A DNA stretch of 64,000 nucleotides from Candidatus Sericytochromatia bacterium (GCA_036676495.1 JAKFCT010000082.1:32001-96000); one strand, 5' to 3'. Shown: positions 53,101 to 64,000, counted from the stretch's first letter. Notes: a model not told the origin generated them from the letters alone. Made by a program: numbers and translations.

Positions 53101-53596
53101 CGTAGGCCGCCCAGACGGCGCGCTCGGGGTCGTCCTCGTGGGCGATGGGGGCTCCGAAGAGGGCCATGATGGCGTCGCCGATGTACTTGTCGACCACCCC
53201 ACCGAAGCGGTAGATGGGCTCGGTCAGCACGGCGAAGAACTGGTTGACGATCTCGGTGACTTCTTCGGGGTCCAGCTTCTCGCTCATGGCGGTGAAGCCC
53301 GAGACGTCGGTGAAGAGGACCGTGACCACCCGGCGATCGCTCTTGATCTCGGCTTGCTCGGGGGGGCTCGGAGCGGCTATCACGGGAGCGGGGGCGGGAG
53401 GGGCCGAGGGCACGGGGGCAGGCGCTCCTGCACCGGCGACCGGAGTTCCGCACTGGGAGCAGAACTTGGCGCCCGGCGCCAGCTCCGCCTGGCAGGATCC
53501 GCAAACGCACTCGACTTTGGTGCCGCACTGGGAGCAGAATTTGGCGCCCGGGGTCAGCGCGGCTTGGCAGTTTGAGCAGTTCAACGTGTCAGCCAC
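50144..53596 (-). CDS. Double zinc ribbon + class III adenylate cyclase + AAA ATPase + TPR protein
   Basis: Repeated CxxC...AKFCSQCG; FTDVSGFT, KYIGDA, DYTVMGDTVNLAQR; Walker A GEAGVGKS, EDLQWAD, GNPFY; TPR repeats. GGAG precedes GTG 53596. Confidence 0.92.
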   Translation of the reverse strand: MADTLNCSNCQAALTPGAKFCSQCGTKVECVCGSCQAELAPGAKFCSQCGTPVAGAGAPAPVPSAPPAPAPVIAAPSPPEQAEIKSDRRVVTVLFTDVSGFTAMSEKLDPEEVTEIVNQFFAVLTEPIYRFGGVVDKYIGDAIMALFGAPIAHEDDPERAVWAAYEMQRAAKEFADKLEAKTGIGLKVRIGINTGLVVAGAVGGAQKQDYTVMGDTVNLAQRMESNARPGKVLVTGETYRLARHRFSFMTLDPITVKGKVQPVEVYELEGPLKQVEEQNPDAHPFVNRVRELDSLTLGWERAVQGYPQLIVVSGEAGVGKSRLLGQFLSQRCQPSPLGLRARCQSYTQGSSFGMVGNLLHYLTKTTPHMPLNEVRAALESRCRDFAPDDASRLADLLGTFLGLDPSSSEIASLGQEQRRNAALEALNGLLLALSQIQPVMLSVEDLQWADEASLSWLKLFLDYLSHQPDRQRMMIVVQHRPGMSFDAQAFWKLDLTVIQVRPLEAQDSQKLLISLLGAVPDAGSAPALTTLLKQIQERAEGNPFYLKELVFSLIDGGVLVKTQDSWQVQRPSSEFKMPSTIQGAVAARLDRLPHFKRSLLQVASVLGRTFSQALLAKVAGTELPVPGLDELIKSNFLYQTSSGDYAFTQALTQEVAYQSLLLSSRKELHGRAGLAIEGLYADHLDENAHLLAHHFALAENFARALRYQVKAAQRAFDFFDLATARATIERALVLIDQQPDLEGPQRWEILYLKGLILTPLNLFEEAHSVLEAAFALLTDPPHQAKVLLAQGDLYERQANYPNALDTYQQGYDLLPPEYTTERASLLAKVAYAKYRSGEQEACQMLCHESLALIEGGDHPKEAGFAHSVLGLCLWRLGNLEQAIQHTQLAMQHREAAKDLLGVASSSNNLASIYTDAGETTLAEQYYLRGLQAYERIGDGYFISKAHNNLGDLLMAMGKLAEAEGHLRKALDIQQRLQHKDILATILFNLGNVLFYRDKLEEALTFMRKGLSIFESLDVREVFPEVYRSIALACAEANLLAEAQESVERALHFAHEMGDPVTPAVVLRIQSLLALKAGDLEAAKAKAAEAIARLSDVDAPLELGRAYALSARLLAGTPDGERAHSQARELFERLGAQLDLAQLSAASPLQT

Positions 53597-53709
53597 TTTC
53601 TCCAGTTGACCGCATTCCCGGCAGCTTGCCAGGGACAAAGACAGGCCATCGATAGCACCCTGGAATTCTACCCGGGCGAGCCCATCTTAGCACGCTTTCC
53701 GCCCTCTCG

Positions 53710-53751
53710 GCATCAAGGCGACATCTCCATGGGGAGGTGTCGCCTTGATGC
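53710..53751. terminator. Long hairpin between cax and the cyclase gene (terminator or REP-like)
   Basis: GCATCAAGGCGACATCTCC-ATGG-GGAGGTGTCGCCTTGATGC. Confidence 0.5.
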
Positions 53752-53805
53752 TATGTTGTTGCCGTGCTGTGTCGGCTTACGGACGCCCGGAAGTCGACCG
53801 GTTTT

Positions 53806-54864
53806 CTAGGGATGGAAGAGGAACGCCAAGGCGATGAGCCCGTAGGTGCCGAGCAGCATGGCTCCTTCCAGCCAGTTCGATTCGCCGTCGAGCGAGATGA
53901 AGTTGACGATCAGGACCGAGACGAAGACCGTCACCAGCTCGAAGATCCCGAAGTTAAGGGTAAGGGGCTGCCCGATGGCCCAGCCGACCAGAATGAGCAA
54001 GGGGGCGATGAGCAGGGCGATCTGCGTGCTCGAGCCGATGGCCACTCCGAGGCTCAGGTCCATCTTGTTCTTCATGGCGACGGTCACGGCGGTCAGGTGC
54101 TCGGCGGCGTTACCGATCACCGGCACCAGGATGACGCCGATGAAGAGTTCCGACAGTCCCCAGGTTTCGGCGACATGCGAGATCGAACCGACCAGGAACT
54201 CGGCTTCGACCGCCACGACCGCCGTCGCCAGCAACAGGAGGCCGACCGCCGGCCAGAGCTGGAGCTTAGGCTCCTCGACCCCTTCGCCGTGGCTGGAGCC
54301 GTCGTAGAGGTGGGTATGGGTCTTGAGCTGGAAGATCAGGTAGAGCGCGTAGATGCCAATCAGGATGAACGCTGCCCAGTGCGACAGGTTGGAGAGCCCG
54401 GTGAGCGTTTCCGCGGTCGCGGGGGAGGTGGCGACGAAGGCCGCGGGCATCGTCAGGGCGACGACGGCCAGCATCAGCATGGAGGCGTTGACCCCGGCGG
54501 CAGACCGGTTAAAATTCTGGGCTTTGTGCTTGAAGCCGCCCAGCAGGAGGGCGAGGCCCAGGACCAGGAGGATGTTGCCGATGATCGAGCCGACGATGGA
54601 CGCCTGGACGACGGTCAGCAGACCCGCCCGGAGCGCGAAGAACGCGATGATGAGTTCGACCGCGTTCCCGAAGGTCGCGTTCAGCAAGCCGCCCAGGCCG
54701 GGACCGGTGCGCAGCGCGATTTCCTCGGTGGCGTAGCCCATCGTCTTCGCCAGGGGCACGATGGCCAGCATGCTCGTCACGAAGACGATGGTGGGGTTCC
54801 AGTGAAGCAACTCGGCGGCGATGGAGACCGGAACGAAGAGCAGGAGCAGGTAGATCAGTTTCAC
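53806..54864 (-). CDS. cax: Ca2+/H+ antiporter (CAX)
   Basis: Alpha repeats NATFGNAVE and GNAAEH, GSSTQIAL, SNWLEG. Confidence 0.95.
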   Translation of the reverse strand: MKLIYLLLLFVPVSIAAELLHWNPTIVFVTSMLAIVPLAKTMGYATEEIALRTGPGLGGLLNATFGNAVELIIAFFALRAGLLTVVQASIVGSIIGNILLVLGLALLLGGFKHKAQNFNRSAAGVNASMLMLAVVALTMPAAFVATSPATAETLTGLSNLSHWAAFILIGIYALYLIFQLKTHTHLYDGSSHGEGVEEPKLQLWPAVGLLLLATAVVAVEAEFLVGSISHVAETWGLSELFIGVILVPVIGNAAEHLTAVTVAMKNKMDLSLGVAIGSSTQIALLIAPLLILVGWAIGQPLTLNFGIFELVTVFVSVLIVNFISLDGESNWLEGAMLLGTYGLIALAFLFHP

Positions 54865-54903
54865 GTGCGATCCTCTAAGGTGGGGTTGCGTCTCTAGTTG
54901 CTC

Positions 54904-56352
<1,449 letters not shown>

Positions 56353-56363
56353 GAGCATCCTTC

Positions 56364-57842
56364 CTATCGGTTAGTCGCGAACGCCAGCTCGGGGCGGCGG
56401 CGATGGAACTCGGTCGCTTGCTCGAAGGCATAACCGGCCTGGTAGAGGCGGCCTTCCGAGAGTGCGGGGCCCTGAAGCTGCAAGCCGATGGGCAGCCCGT
56501 TCGCGTCGAAGCCGCAAGGGATGCTGAGGGCCGGGATACCCGCGAGGTTCGCGAGCACCGTGGCCACGTCCGTCAGGTACATCTCCAGGGGATCGGCCGT
56601 CTTCTCGCCCAGCCGGAAGGCGGTATCCGGGGTGGTCGGGCTCAACAGGACGTCGAAGCGCTCGAAGGCCTTCGCGTAGTCCTCCCGGATCCGGGTGCGG
56701 ACCTGCTGGGCGCGCTTGTAGTAGGCATCGTAGTAGCCGCTGGAGAGGGCGTAGGTGCCGAGCATGATGCGGCGCTTGACCTCGGCGCCGAAGCCTTCCT
56801 CGCGGGTGCGCTGGTACATGGTCAAGAGGTCGGGGGCATCCGCACGACGGGTGTATTTCACGCCGTCGTAGCGGGCCAGGTTCGAGCTGGCTTCCGCCGT
56901 CGCGACCAGGTAGTAGGCGGCGATCCCGTACTCGGCCATCGGGAGGCTGACTTCTTCGACGCGGGCGCCGAGCTGCTCGTAGGTTTCGGCGGCGCGCCTC
57001 ACGGCGTCCCGGACGGCCGGAGCGACGCCTTCGCCCATCAGCTCGGTGATGAGGCCGATCTTGACTCCCTTGAGCCCACCGCCGACGAGGCTCGCGCTCC
57101 AGGCCGGGACTCCCTCGGTGAGCGAGGTGGAGTCGAGGGGGTCGTGACCGGCGATCGCCTCCAGCAGCAGGGCGTTGTCGCGAACGTCCCGGGAGAGGGG
57201 GCCGATCTGATCCAGGCTCGAGGCGAAGGCGACCAGCCCGTAGCGCGAGACCCGGCCGTAGGTGGGCTTCATGCCGACCACGCCGCAGAGGGCCGCGGGC
57301 TGGCGGATGGACCCGCCGGTATCCGAACCCAGCGAGAGGATGGCCTCGCCGGCGGCCACGGCCGCGGCCGAGCCGCCCGAGGAGCCTCCCGGCACGCGAG
57401 AGGTATCCCACGGGTTAGTGGTCTTCTTGTAGGCCGAGTTCTCGGTCGAGGAGCCCATGGCGAACTCGTCCATGTTGGCCTTGCCGACGCTGATCATGCC
57501 GGCTGCCTGGACCTTGGCGGTGGCGGTGGCGTCGTAGGGTGGGACGAAGTGCTCGAGCATCTTCGATGCGCAGGTCGTGAGGGTCCCCTTGGTGTTGAGG
57601 TTGTCCTTGAGGGCGATCGGAATGCCGGCCAGGGGCCCGAGCGCTTCGCCTGCCGCGCGGCGGCGGTCGATGGCTTCGGCCTGGCGCAGGGCCGACTCGC
57701 GGGTCACGGTCACGTAGGACCCGATCGTTTCCTCGACGGCGTCGATCCGGGCGAGGACGGCCTGGGTCAGCTCGACGGCGGACAGGTCTCGATGGCGCAG
57801 CCGCTCGGCCAGCTGCACGGCGGTAAGCTCGAAAAGGTTCAC
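56364..57842 (-). CDS. gatA: Asp/Glu-tRNA amidotransferase subunit A
   Basis: [42 protein letters not shown]. Confidence 0.98.
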   Translation of the reverse strand: MNLFELTAVQLAERLRHRDLSAVELTQAVLARIDAVEETIGSYVTVTRESALRQAEAIDRRRAAGEALGPLAGIPIALKDNLNTKGTLTTCASKMLEHFVPPYDATATAKVQAAGMISVGKANMDEFAMGSSTENSAYKKTTNPWDTSRVPGGSSGGSAAAVAAGEAILSLGSDTGGSIRQPAALCGVVGMKPTYGRVSRYGLVAFASSLDQIGPLSRDVRDNALLLEAIAGHDPLDSTSLTEGVPAWSASLVGGGLKGVKIGLITELMGEGVAPAVRDAVRRAAETYEQLGARVEEVSLPMAEYGIAAYYLVATAEASSNLARYDGVKYTRRADAPDLLTMYQRTREEGFGAEVKRRIMLGTYALSSGYYDAYYKRAQQVRTRIREDYAKAFERFDVLLSPTTPDTAFRLGEKTADPLEMYLTDVATVLANLAGIPALSIPCGFDANGLPIGLQLQGPALSEGRLYQAGYAFEQATEFHRRRPELAFATNR

Positions 57843-57925
57843 GGGGGTCTCCTCTAATCGACGATTGGCGGAACTTCCGCTAGTAGTCGATCGTACACGA
57901 AACCCTCCGTCCGATCCACTCAGAA

Positions 57926-57986
57926 ACGGCAGGTTGAGCGTCGAGACATCGGCTCGACGCTCAACCTGCCGTCATTCCCGCGCAAG
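57926..57986. repeat. Perfect 20-bp-stem hairpin fused to a GTCATTCCCGCG repeat; probable terminator of the polysaccharide operon
   Basis: ACGGCAGGTTGAGCGTCGAG-7 nt-CTCGACGCTCAACCTGCCGT, overlapping GTCATTCCCGCGCAAG. Confidence 0.7.
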
Positions 57987-58022
57987 GGGGGGGACCGGAA
58001 CTCCGTGGACCGGGAGGCAGGG

Positions 58023-59540
58023 TCACTGCCGTCGCAGAGCGATTCGTCGGTCGAAGCGCTTGAGCACGCTCGCGGCGAGCTCGCGCTCGGTGGCGTCCAG
58101 CGCGCCGGTGAGCCAGAGGCCAGCGGCATAGACGGCGCCCCCGGCTGCAGGGGCGGCGAGAAGCGCCAGCCATGGCGGTAGATGATTGACGATGAGCCAG
58201 ACCGGCAAGGCCATCAGCCCCGTGGAAAGGGTGACAGGCAGGAGCATGGCGACGGGCGGGCGGACTCCGGCGTAGGTGTAGGCTCCCCAAAGGCCGGGGA
58301 TGAGGCTTGCAAGCTGCGCGAGGCCGTTGGCGGCCACCGCGCCCCAGGCTCCCCAGAAGGGGATCAGCGCGACGTCGAGGATGAGGTTGAGGACCGCCAC
58401 CGAGACGCCGACGCGGACCAGGTAGCGCTCGCCTCCGGTCGAATAGAGCAGCGAGGAGGCCGGGTAGCCGTAGATCATCACGAGGGCTCCGGCGACCAAG
58501 AGGGCGGCGAGCAGGCCTGCGACCGGGAGGTAAGCCGTGCCGTAGAGCAGCGTGACCAGGGGCTTCGCGACGAGGGCGCCTCCGACGGCGACCGGCACGG
58601 CCAGCATGGCCATCGCGCGGCAGCTGCGGGTGAAGACGCGCGCGGTGCCCTCGCGGTCGCCGGCGCCTTCCGAACGGGCCATCATGGGGATCAGCAGCCC
58701 CACCAGGGTTCCCGGCAGCAGCTTCATGGCCATGGTGGCGAGCCCGAAGGCCAAGCTATAGAAGGCGACTTGCTGAGCCGGCGCCCAAGCGCCCAAGAAG
58801 AACAGTTCCGAGCGCTGCCAGACGATGGCATCAAGGCCCAGCATGGCGAAGACGGCCCACTGAAAGCGCTTGAGCTTTTGCTGGAAGCCGAGATCCACCT
58901 GGGTCCGCCACCAGCGGGGATTCCAGCGGGCGAGGAAGGCCAGGTAAGCCAGGCAGCTGATGGCGGCCACGCCGGCGGTGACGCCGAGGAGGCCGGGGAT
59001 GCCGCCTCCGGCGAGGAGGACGGCGATCGCCCCTCCGAGCGTGAGCAGCGTGCCGAGGCCCGTGACCGCGGCCATCCAGTCGTAGCGCTGCAACCCCTGG
59101 CAGGCCCCGGCGAAGAGGGCGCTCATCGCCGTGGGCAGGATCCCCAGCGCCCCGATGCCGAGGTAGAGCGTGATTGGAAAGCCGGGGTAGATCCGCGGCG
59201 CCAGGGGGGCCAGGGCGAGCACCAGGGCCGTCACTCCCAGGCCCGTCCAGGCCACGCGGCGTGCCGCGTGCGCCAGCACTCCCGCAGCCTCCTCGGATCC
59301 CGCGCCTTCAAGATCCTGACCCAACCGCTCGGCCATGAAGCGCGTCGCTGTGGTCACGTAGCCCAAGTTGGCGATGAGACCCGCGAGGGAGGTGAACCAG
59401 ACGACGAGGGAGTAGTGGCCCATGGCTTCGGGAGCGAGCACGCGGGCCACGAGGGCCGTGAGGCCGATCCCGAGGACGGCGCTGGAGAGCAGGGAGATGA
59501 ACGAGAAGGCGGTGTTCTTGGCAACTTTGAGATTAGCCAT
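58023..59540 (-). CDS. Wzx-type oligosaccharide flippase (MOP family)
   Basis: VAKNT start, ARVLAPEAMGHY, about 14 TM helices, LIPFWGAWGA. Confidence 0.88.
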   Translation of the reverse strand: MANLKVAKNTAFSFISLLSSAVLGIGLTALVARVLAPEAMGHYSLVVWFTSLAGLIANLGYVTTATRFMAERLGQDLEGAGSEEAAGVLAHAARRVAWTGLGVTALVLALAPLAPRIYPGFPITLYLGIGALGILPTAMSALFAGACQGLQRYDWMAAVTGLGTLLTLGGAIAVLLAGGGIPGLLGVTAGVAAISCLAYLAFLARWNPRWWRTQVDLGFQQKLKRFQWAVFAMLGLDAIVWQRSELFFLGAWAPAQQVAFYSLAFGLATMAMKLLPGTLVGLLIPMMARSEGAGDREGTARVFTRSCRAMAMLAVPVAVGGALVAKPLVTLLYGTAYLPVAGLLAALLVAGALVMIYGYPASSLLYSTGGERYLVRVGVSVAVLNLILDVALIPFWGAWGAVAANGLAQLASLIPGLWGAYTYAGVRPPVAMLLPVTLSTGLMALPVWLIVNHLPPWLALLAAPAAGGAVYAAGLWLTGALDATERELAASVLKRFDRRIALRRQ

Positions 59541-60126
59541 TGATGGTCTCCCTCGTTTGTAGGGGGCGCGCGGGGGCTCCGACCAGCACGGTGCCGGGGC
59601 CGAAGGAGCGGGTCACCACCGCGTTGGCGCCCACGACGCAGCCGTCCCCGAGCGTGACGCCCTTCATGAGGACGACGTTGGCCCCGATCCAGACGTTGTT
59701 GCCGAGCGTCACGGCTTCCACCCGGTAGCCTTGCTCGGAGACGGGGCGGTGGGGATCGTCGAAGCGGTGGTCATGGTCCCGGATGCTGACGCGTTCCGCC
59801 AGGAGGCAGTCGGCGCCGATGCTGAGGCGTTCGAGCACGCTGAGCACGCTCCATGCTCCGATCAGGCTGCGCGGTCCGATTTCCAAGAGGCCGTCGACTT
59901 TGAGCTCGGTGCCCTCCCGGATGCAGGCTCCGGGACCGATCCGGATGCGGCCTTCGTCGCCGACCCGCCAGATCAGTCCGCGCTCCAGGCGCGCCTGTGG
60001 GTCCAGCATGAGCCGTCCGTGCAGCTCGCGCTCCACGAGGAGCTGGTGGGCCCGCGCGCGCCAGAAGCCGAGCCGGCGGTCCCAGTAGGCAAGGTCCGCC
60101 ACGCGTTCACGGAGCCAGCGCTCCAT
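59533..60126 (-). CDS. Hexapeptide-repeat O-acyltransferase
   Basis: DHDH, VTLGNNVWIGANVVLMKGVTLGDGCVVGANAVV, GAPAR. Confidence 0.9.
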   Translation of the reverse strand: MERWLRERVADLAYWDRRLGFWRARAHQLLVERELHGRLMLDPQARLERGLIWRVGDEGRIRIGPGACIREGTELKVDGLLEIGPRSLIGAWSVLSVLERLSIGADCLLAERVSIRDHDHRFDDPHRPVSEQGYRVEAVTLGNNVWIGANVVLMKGVTLGDGCVVGANAVVTRSFGPGTVLVGAPARPLQTRETING

Positions 60127-61378
60127 ACCCGGCCTCCTTCCCCGTCCGACGGCGTATGGCCTCCAGGTAGGCCTCGACCGTGAGCTTGGCGATCCGGCGC
60201 TGGTCGAAGCAGGCTTCCACGTGCCGCCGCGCCTCACGGCCCATGCGCCGACGCCGTCCCTCGTCCGTGGCCAGCGCCATCATGGCGACCAGCAAGGAAT
60301 CGACCGATCCCGGCAGGACCAGGTAGCCATGCCGCTCGCTCATCACGATCTCGGGCACGCCGCCCGCGAGCGTGCCGATCACCGGCAGGCCGCATGCCAT
60401 CGCCTCGAGGTAGACCATTCCGAAGGGCTCCATGCGGGACGGAGCCACCAGCGCGTCGCAGGCCGCGTAGACCTCAGGCAGGCGCTCGGAGGCCACCCCG
60501 CCCAGCCAGTGGACGCGATCGTGCACGCCCGCCTCGCGGATGGTGCGCGAGACGGCCTCCCAGGCCGAGCCCTCCAGGGTCCGGGTATCCTCGCCCGCCA
60601 GGACCAAGTGAAGGTACGGCACCCGTGGTGCCAGCCGCGCAAACGCCTGGGCCAGCACGTCGACGCCCTTGCGGCGTTCGAGTCTCCCCACGTACCCCAT
60701 GACCACATGGTCCGCCGGGATACTCAACTCGTCGCGCAAGAGCGAGGGCAGGCCGGGGCGGAAACGCTCGACGTCGACCCCCAGGCGCAGGACGCCGATG
60801 GTCGAGAGGGGGAGATGGTGGTCCAGGCTGCATGCTTCGGCGAGTGCCCGGGAGTTGGCCAGGCGCAGGATGCCGCGGCGCATGGCGAGTCCCTCGAGCA
60901 TGGCGCGGAGGCGCTGGTCCATGCTGTCGGGACGGTCGTTGAGCCGTCGGACCAGGGCTGCATGGGTATGGTGCCGGATCACGATCGGCACGCTGCGGGG
61001 CAAGGCCAGCCCTCCGGCCTGCCATTCGGGAACTTCCACCAGGTCGAGCGGCTGGGTCGCATGGATCCGGCGGACGGCCCGCGAGGCCTCGACGATCCAT
61101 GGCCAGCACGCGAGCGAAAGCCCCCAGAAGCGGTTCCCGAAGGGCAGCTTGGCCTGGGGTTCCAGCTCCAGCCGGTGCACGCTGAGCTCTCCCTTGGCCT
61201 CGATGCCCGCGGGCATGGCCCCGCGTGGGGCCACCAGGTGGACCCGGTGGCCCAGGCTCGCGAGCCCGCGCGCGAGCATCGCCGAGTAGGTGCCGATGCC
61301 TCCGGTCGGCCCTTCCACCGGCTCCGGGCAGAGCAGGGCCAGGCGCAGCCGGGACCCCTGAGGCCGCGGGGGGCTCAC
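60107..61378 (-). CDS. Glycosyltransferase family 4
   Basis: GGIGTY, GVDVERF, VGRLERRKG, EPFGMVYLEAMACG; GTGA overlap with the upstream stop. Confidence 0.92.
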   Translation of the reverse strand: MSPPRPQGSRLRLALLCPEPVEGPTGGIGTYSAMLARGLASLGHRVHLVAPRGAMPAGIEAKGELSVHRLELEPQAKLPFGNRFWGLSLACWPWIVEASRAVRRIHATQPLDLVEVPEWQAGGLALPRSVPIVIRHHTHAALVRRLNDRPDSMDQRLRAMLEGLAMRRGILRLANSRALAEACSLDHHLPLSTIGVLRLGVDVERFRPGLPSLLRDELSIPADHVVMGYVGRLERRKGVDVLAQAFARLAPRVPYLHLVLAGEDTRTLEGSAWEAVSRTIREAGVHDRVHWLGGVASERLPEVYAACDALVAPSRMEPFGMVYLEAMACGLPVIGTLAGGVPEIVMSERHGYLVLPGSVDSLLVAMMALATDEGRRRRMGREARRHVEACFDQRRIAKLTVEAYLEAIRRRTGKEAGYGALAP

Positions 61379-62859
61379 GACGAGGCCCCCGCGTGCGGGC
61401 CGCCGCCTTGCGCGCTGGCGACGGCGTTGGCATGGGCCTGGCGGGCCATGCAGAACTGCACATGCGTCGGAGCATGCCATGCGGCGTGCTTGGCGAAGCG
61501 CGCCCATGCCCAGAGCTTGGCGACGCCGCGCTTTCGGGCGATCGCCCGAGCCCTCAAGGTCTTCTCCAGTTCGCCTTGCGCCCAGCGGTAGGCCAGGCGG
61601 ACCTCGGCGTCGGAGAGATGCTTGGTGCGCACCAGGCATTCCGTGCCGGAGTACTGCCTCCAGGACCCCGTCTTCAGCACCAGCCCCTGCTGCTCGGCCT
61701 CCTCACGGTAGACCGTCCCGTGATACGGCGTCATCAGCGAGACCGAGTAGTTCATCGGCAGCGCCTGGGCCATCCGGACCGTGGCATGGACCGAGTCGTA
61801 GGACTCGGAGCTCGAGCCCACCACCATGAACCCCGTGAGCTCGATGCCCAGCTCCTCGCAGCGCTTCATGTTGGCGATGGTCAGCTTCAGCGCGTCCGGG
61901 TGCTGGTGGATCTCTCGCAGGATCTGGGGATCCGCGGACTCGATGCCGGTCATCAACCGCCTCAGCCCGGACTGGGCCAGCACTTTCAGGGTCTCCGGGT
62001 CCAGGCTCTCGAGATCGGTCTCGATCACCCACTCGAACGTCAATCCCTGGGTGGCCATGCCCTCGGCGAGCGAACGAAGGCGCTTCTTGACCAGGCCGAT
62101 ATTGGGATCGCGCGCTTGCAGCCGCTTGGCTCCGAGCTGCTTCAGCATCTGCAGCTCGCCGAGCACGTTCTCCACCGAGCGCTGGCGCCAGGGGCCTCCC
62201 TGGTTGACGTAGTAGGGGCACATCGAGCAGGCCTTCGGGCAGCCGCGCGTCGTGAGCACGTAAAACGTCATCTCCGGTCCGTAGCGCGAAAGGTCAAGCA
62301 GGTGCCAGGCCGGGAAGGGCAAGTCGTCGAGCGTCTGGAGCAATTGCCAGTCCTGCGGCGCGGCGCGGCCCGGACGCCAGATAGACGCCGAGTCCTTGCC
62401 GTCGAGGTAATCCCCCAGGACGACCTCTCCCTCGCCGAAGAAGGCCGCGTCCAGGGCCGAGCCCTCCAGCCATTGCGCATGGGTGGTCCGGATCACGTTG
62501 CCGAAGCCGAAGACCTCCAGGGTCGGCAGCGCCGCCTTGATCGCTTTGACCAGCTCCAGGTCCTCGCTCAAACTTGGCAGCGAAATTCGGATGCCCAGCC
62601 GATCGGGCGGATCGGCCTTGAGCCGGGCGAGCACCGCGGCGGGATCCAGCCCCTCCGCCGGGGCGTCGATCAAGGTGACCTCCCAGCCCCGCTGCTCTGC
62701 CACGGCTCCCGCGTAGAGCCAGTCCATGGGAGGCGTGAGCGCCCGGTAGCGGTAGCGGGAGTTGATCCGGAACATCACCCCCAGACCGCCCGCCTTGTCG
62801 CGATCGGAAAGGAAGCCCGGCGTCTCCGGCGGGTTGATCAGGTGGAGTCGCATGCTCAC
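61375..62859 (-). CDS. B12-binding radical SAM protein
   Basis: N-terminal LINPP...PP...IDA cobalamin-binding-like domain; TRGCPKACSMC; GIES; PYHGT. Start is GTG 62859 or ATG 62853. Confidence 0.88.
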   Translation of the reverse strand: MSMRLHLINPPETPGFLSDRDKAGGLGVMFRINSRYRYRALTPPMDWLYAGAVAEQRGWEVTLIDAPAEGLDPAAVLARLKADPPDRLGIRISLPSLSEDLELVKAIKAALPTLEVFGFGNVIRTTHAQWLEGSALDAAFFGEGEVVLGDYLDGKDSASIWRPGRAAPQDWQLLQTLDDLPFPAWHLLDLSRYGPEMTFYVLTTRGCPKACSMCPYYVNQGGPWRQRSVENVLGELQMLKQLGAKRLQARDPNIGLVKKRLRSLAEGMATQGLTFEWVIETDLESLDPETLKVLAQSGLRRLMTGIESADPQILREIHQHPDALKLTIANMKRCEELGIELTGFMVVGSSSESYDSVHATVRMAQALPMNYSVSLMTPYHGTVYREEAEQQGLVLKTGSWRQYSGTECLVRTKHLSDAEVRLAYRWAQGELEKTLRARAIARKRGVAKLWAWARFAKHAAWHAPTHVQFCMARQAHANAVASAQGGGPHAGASS

Positions 62860-64000
62860 CTCCCCATTCCCTGGTAGCTGAACCCGGCCGCCCGGACTTC
62901 TCCGGGGTTCAGGAGGTTGCGCCCGTCCAGCAGGAGGGGCATCGCCTGCTGGGGGTTCAAGGCCGCGCGCAGGGCCGCGAGATCCAGCGTGCGGAACTCG
63001 TCCCATTCGGTCGCGATCAGGACGGCATCCGCTCCGTGGGCCGCTTCGAGGGGACTCGCGCAGATGACCAGCCGCGGCAAGAGCTTGCCCGCCCCGTCAG
63101 CGGCGATGGGATCGAATCCCTTGACCCGGGCTCCCAGCTTCAAGAGATCCTTGGCGATGGACAGGGCCGGGGCATCGCGCAGATCGTCGGTATTGGGCTT
63201 GAAGGCCAGCCCGAGGATGGCGATCGTCTTGCCCTTGAGGACCTTGAGGTGACTCTGGAGCTTCTGGACGGCGATCGCCCGCTGCCGCCGGTTGACGTTT
63301 TGAACGGCCGTCAGCAGCTCGGCCTCGTAACCGTAGTCCTGAGTGATGTGCATGAGCGCCGAGACGTCCTTGGGGAAGCACGACCCGCCCCAGCCGAGCC
63401 CCGCATGGAGGAAGAGCCCTCCGATCCGGCGATCGAGGCCCATGCCCATGGCCACCTGCGTCACGTCGGCCCCCACCCGCTCGCAGACGTTGGAGATCTC
63501 GTTGATGAAGCTGATCTTGGTGGCCAGGAAGGCGTTGGCCGCATACTTGATCATCTCCGCCGACGTCAGGTCCGTCACGATGAACGGCACCTCGCGCGCC
63601 TCCAGGGCGTCCCAGTCGCCATGCCCCGGCACCCGCCGCTCGATCAAGGGCGCGTAGAGCTCGCGCATGATCCGGACCGCCCGCTCGCTCTGAGAGCCGA
63701 TCACGATCCGGTCCGGGAAGAAGGTGTCATGGATCGCCGAGCCCTCCCGCAAGAACTCGGGGTTCGACACCACGTCGTACCCATGTTCGGCCTCGGAGAG
63801 CCCCCCAGACCCCACCCGCTCCCGCTGGACCTGGGCCAACCCCTCGCTGACCAGCATGGCGACCCAGTCTCCCGAGCCCACGGGCACCGTGCTCTTGTTG
63901 ACGATGACCTTGTAGCCGTTGAGTGCCTGGCCGATCCCCCGAGCGACCTCCTCGACCGCCGAGAGATCCGCCTCCCCGTTCGGCAACGGCGGAGTGCCCA
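62856..64000 (-). CDS. ugd: UDP-glucose 6-dehydrogenase (5' end outside window)
   Basis: NKSTVPVG, SNPEFLREG, KYAANAFLATKISFINE, GGSCFPKD, FKPNTDDLR, DGRN. Confidence 0.95.
   Translation of the reverse strand, partial: GTPPLPNGEADLSAVEEVARGIGQALNGYKVIVNKSTVPVGSGDWVAMLVSEGLAQVQRERVGSGGLSEAEHGYDVVSNPEFLREGSAIHDTFFPDRIVIGSQSERAVRIMRELYAPLIERRVPGHGDWDALEAREVPFIVTDLTSAEMIKYAANAFLATKISFINEISNVCERVGADVTQVAMGMGLDRRIGGLFLHAGLGWGGSCFPKDVSALMHITQDYGYEAELLTAVQNVNRRQRAIAVQKLQSHLKVLKGKTIAILGLAFKPNTDDLRDAPALSIAKDLLKLGARVKGFDPIAADGAGKLLPRLVICASPLEAAHGADAVLIATEWDEFRTLDLAALRAALNPQQAMPLLLDGRNLLNPGEVRAAGFSYQGMGR

Noticed and set aside
50144-53596. Cyclase-AAA-TPR gene as an anti-phage system (Avs/Pycsar-like)
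   Set aside because: No adjacent effector or defence-island context, and the architecture is a widespread signalling type.

Overview
GC-rich bacterial chromosomal segment made up mostly of housekeeping genes: tRNA-Leu(CAA), recJ-rel-rdgB, thyX, rpmE, secA-prfB (programmed +1 frameshift), a split hldE/DUF4330/IctB-like/GT9 envelope cluster, rpsO-pnp-M16-dut-dapB-asd-dapA-rnj, gatA-gatB, and the end of a polysaccharide operon (ugd, B12-radical SAM, GT4, acyltransferase, flippase). Cyanobacterial-type envelope genes sit in Firmicute-like gene order with no photosynthesis genes, which suggests a non-photosynthetic cyanobacterial relative (Sericytochromatia-like; inference). I found no CRISPR array, integrase or transposase. 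The most notable signals are: (1) four copies of a ~150-170 bp nested-palindrome element whose ends coincide with TAA stop codons of neighbouring genes and whose core occurs in both orientations relative to the arms; (2) Gram-positive-type LexA-like boxes at a Rad52/Sak-like gene and a Cho-like nuclease; (3) intact but catalytically eroded LarC, GlgA and cyclodeaminase homologs; (4) a Fic pseudogene next to the tRNA; (5) candidate r-protein leader RNAs. All calls come from reading motifs by eye; no searches were run.
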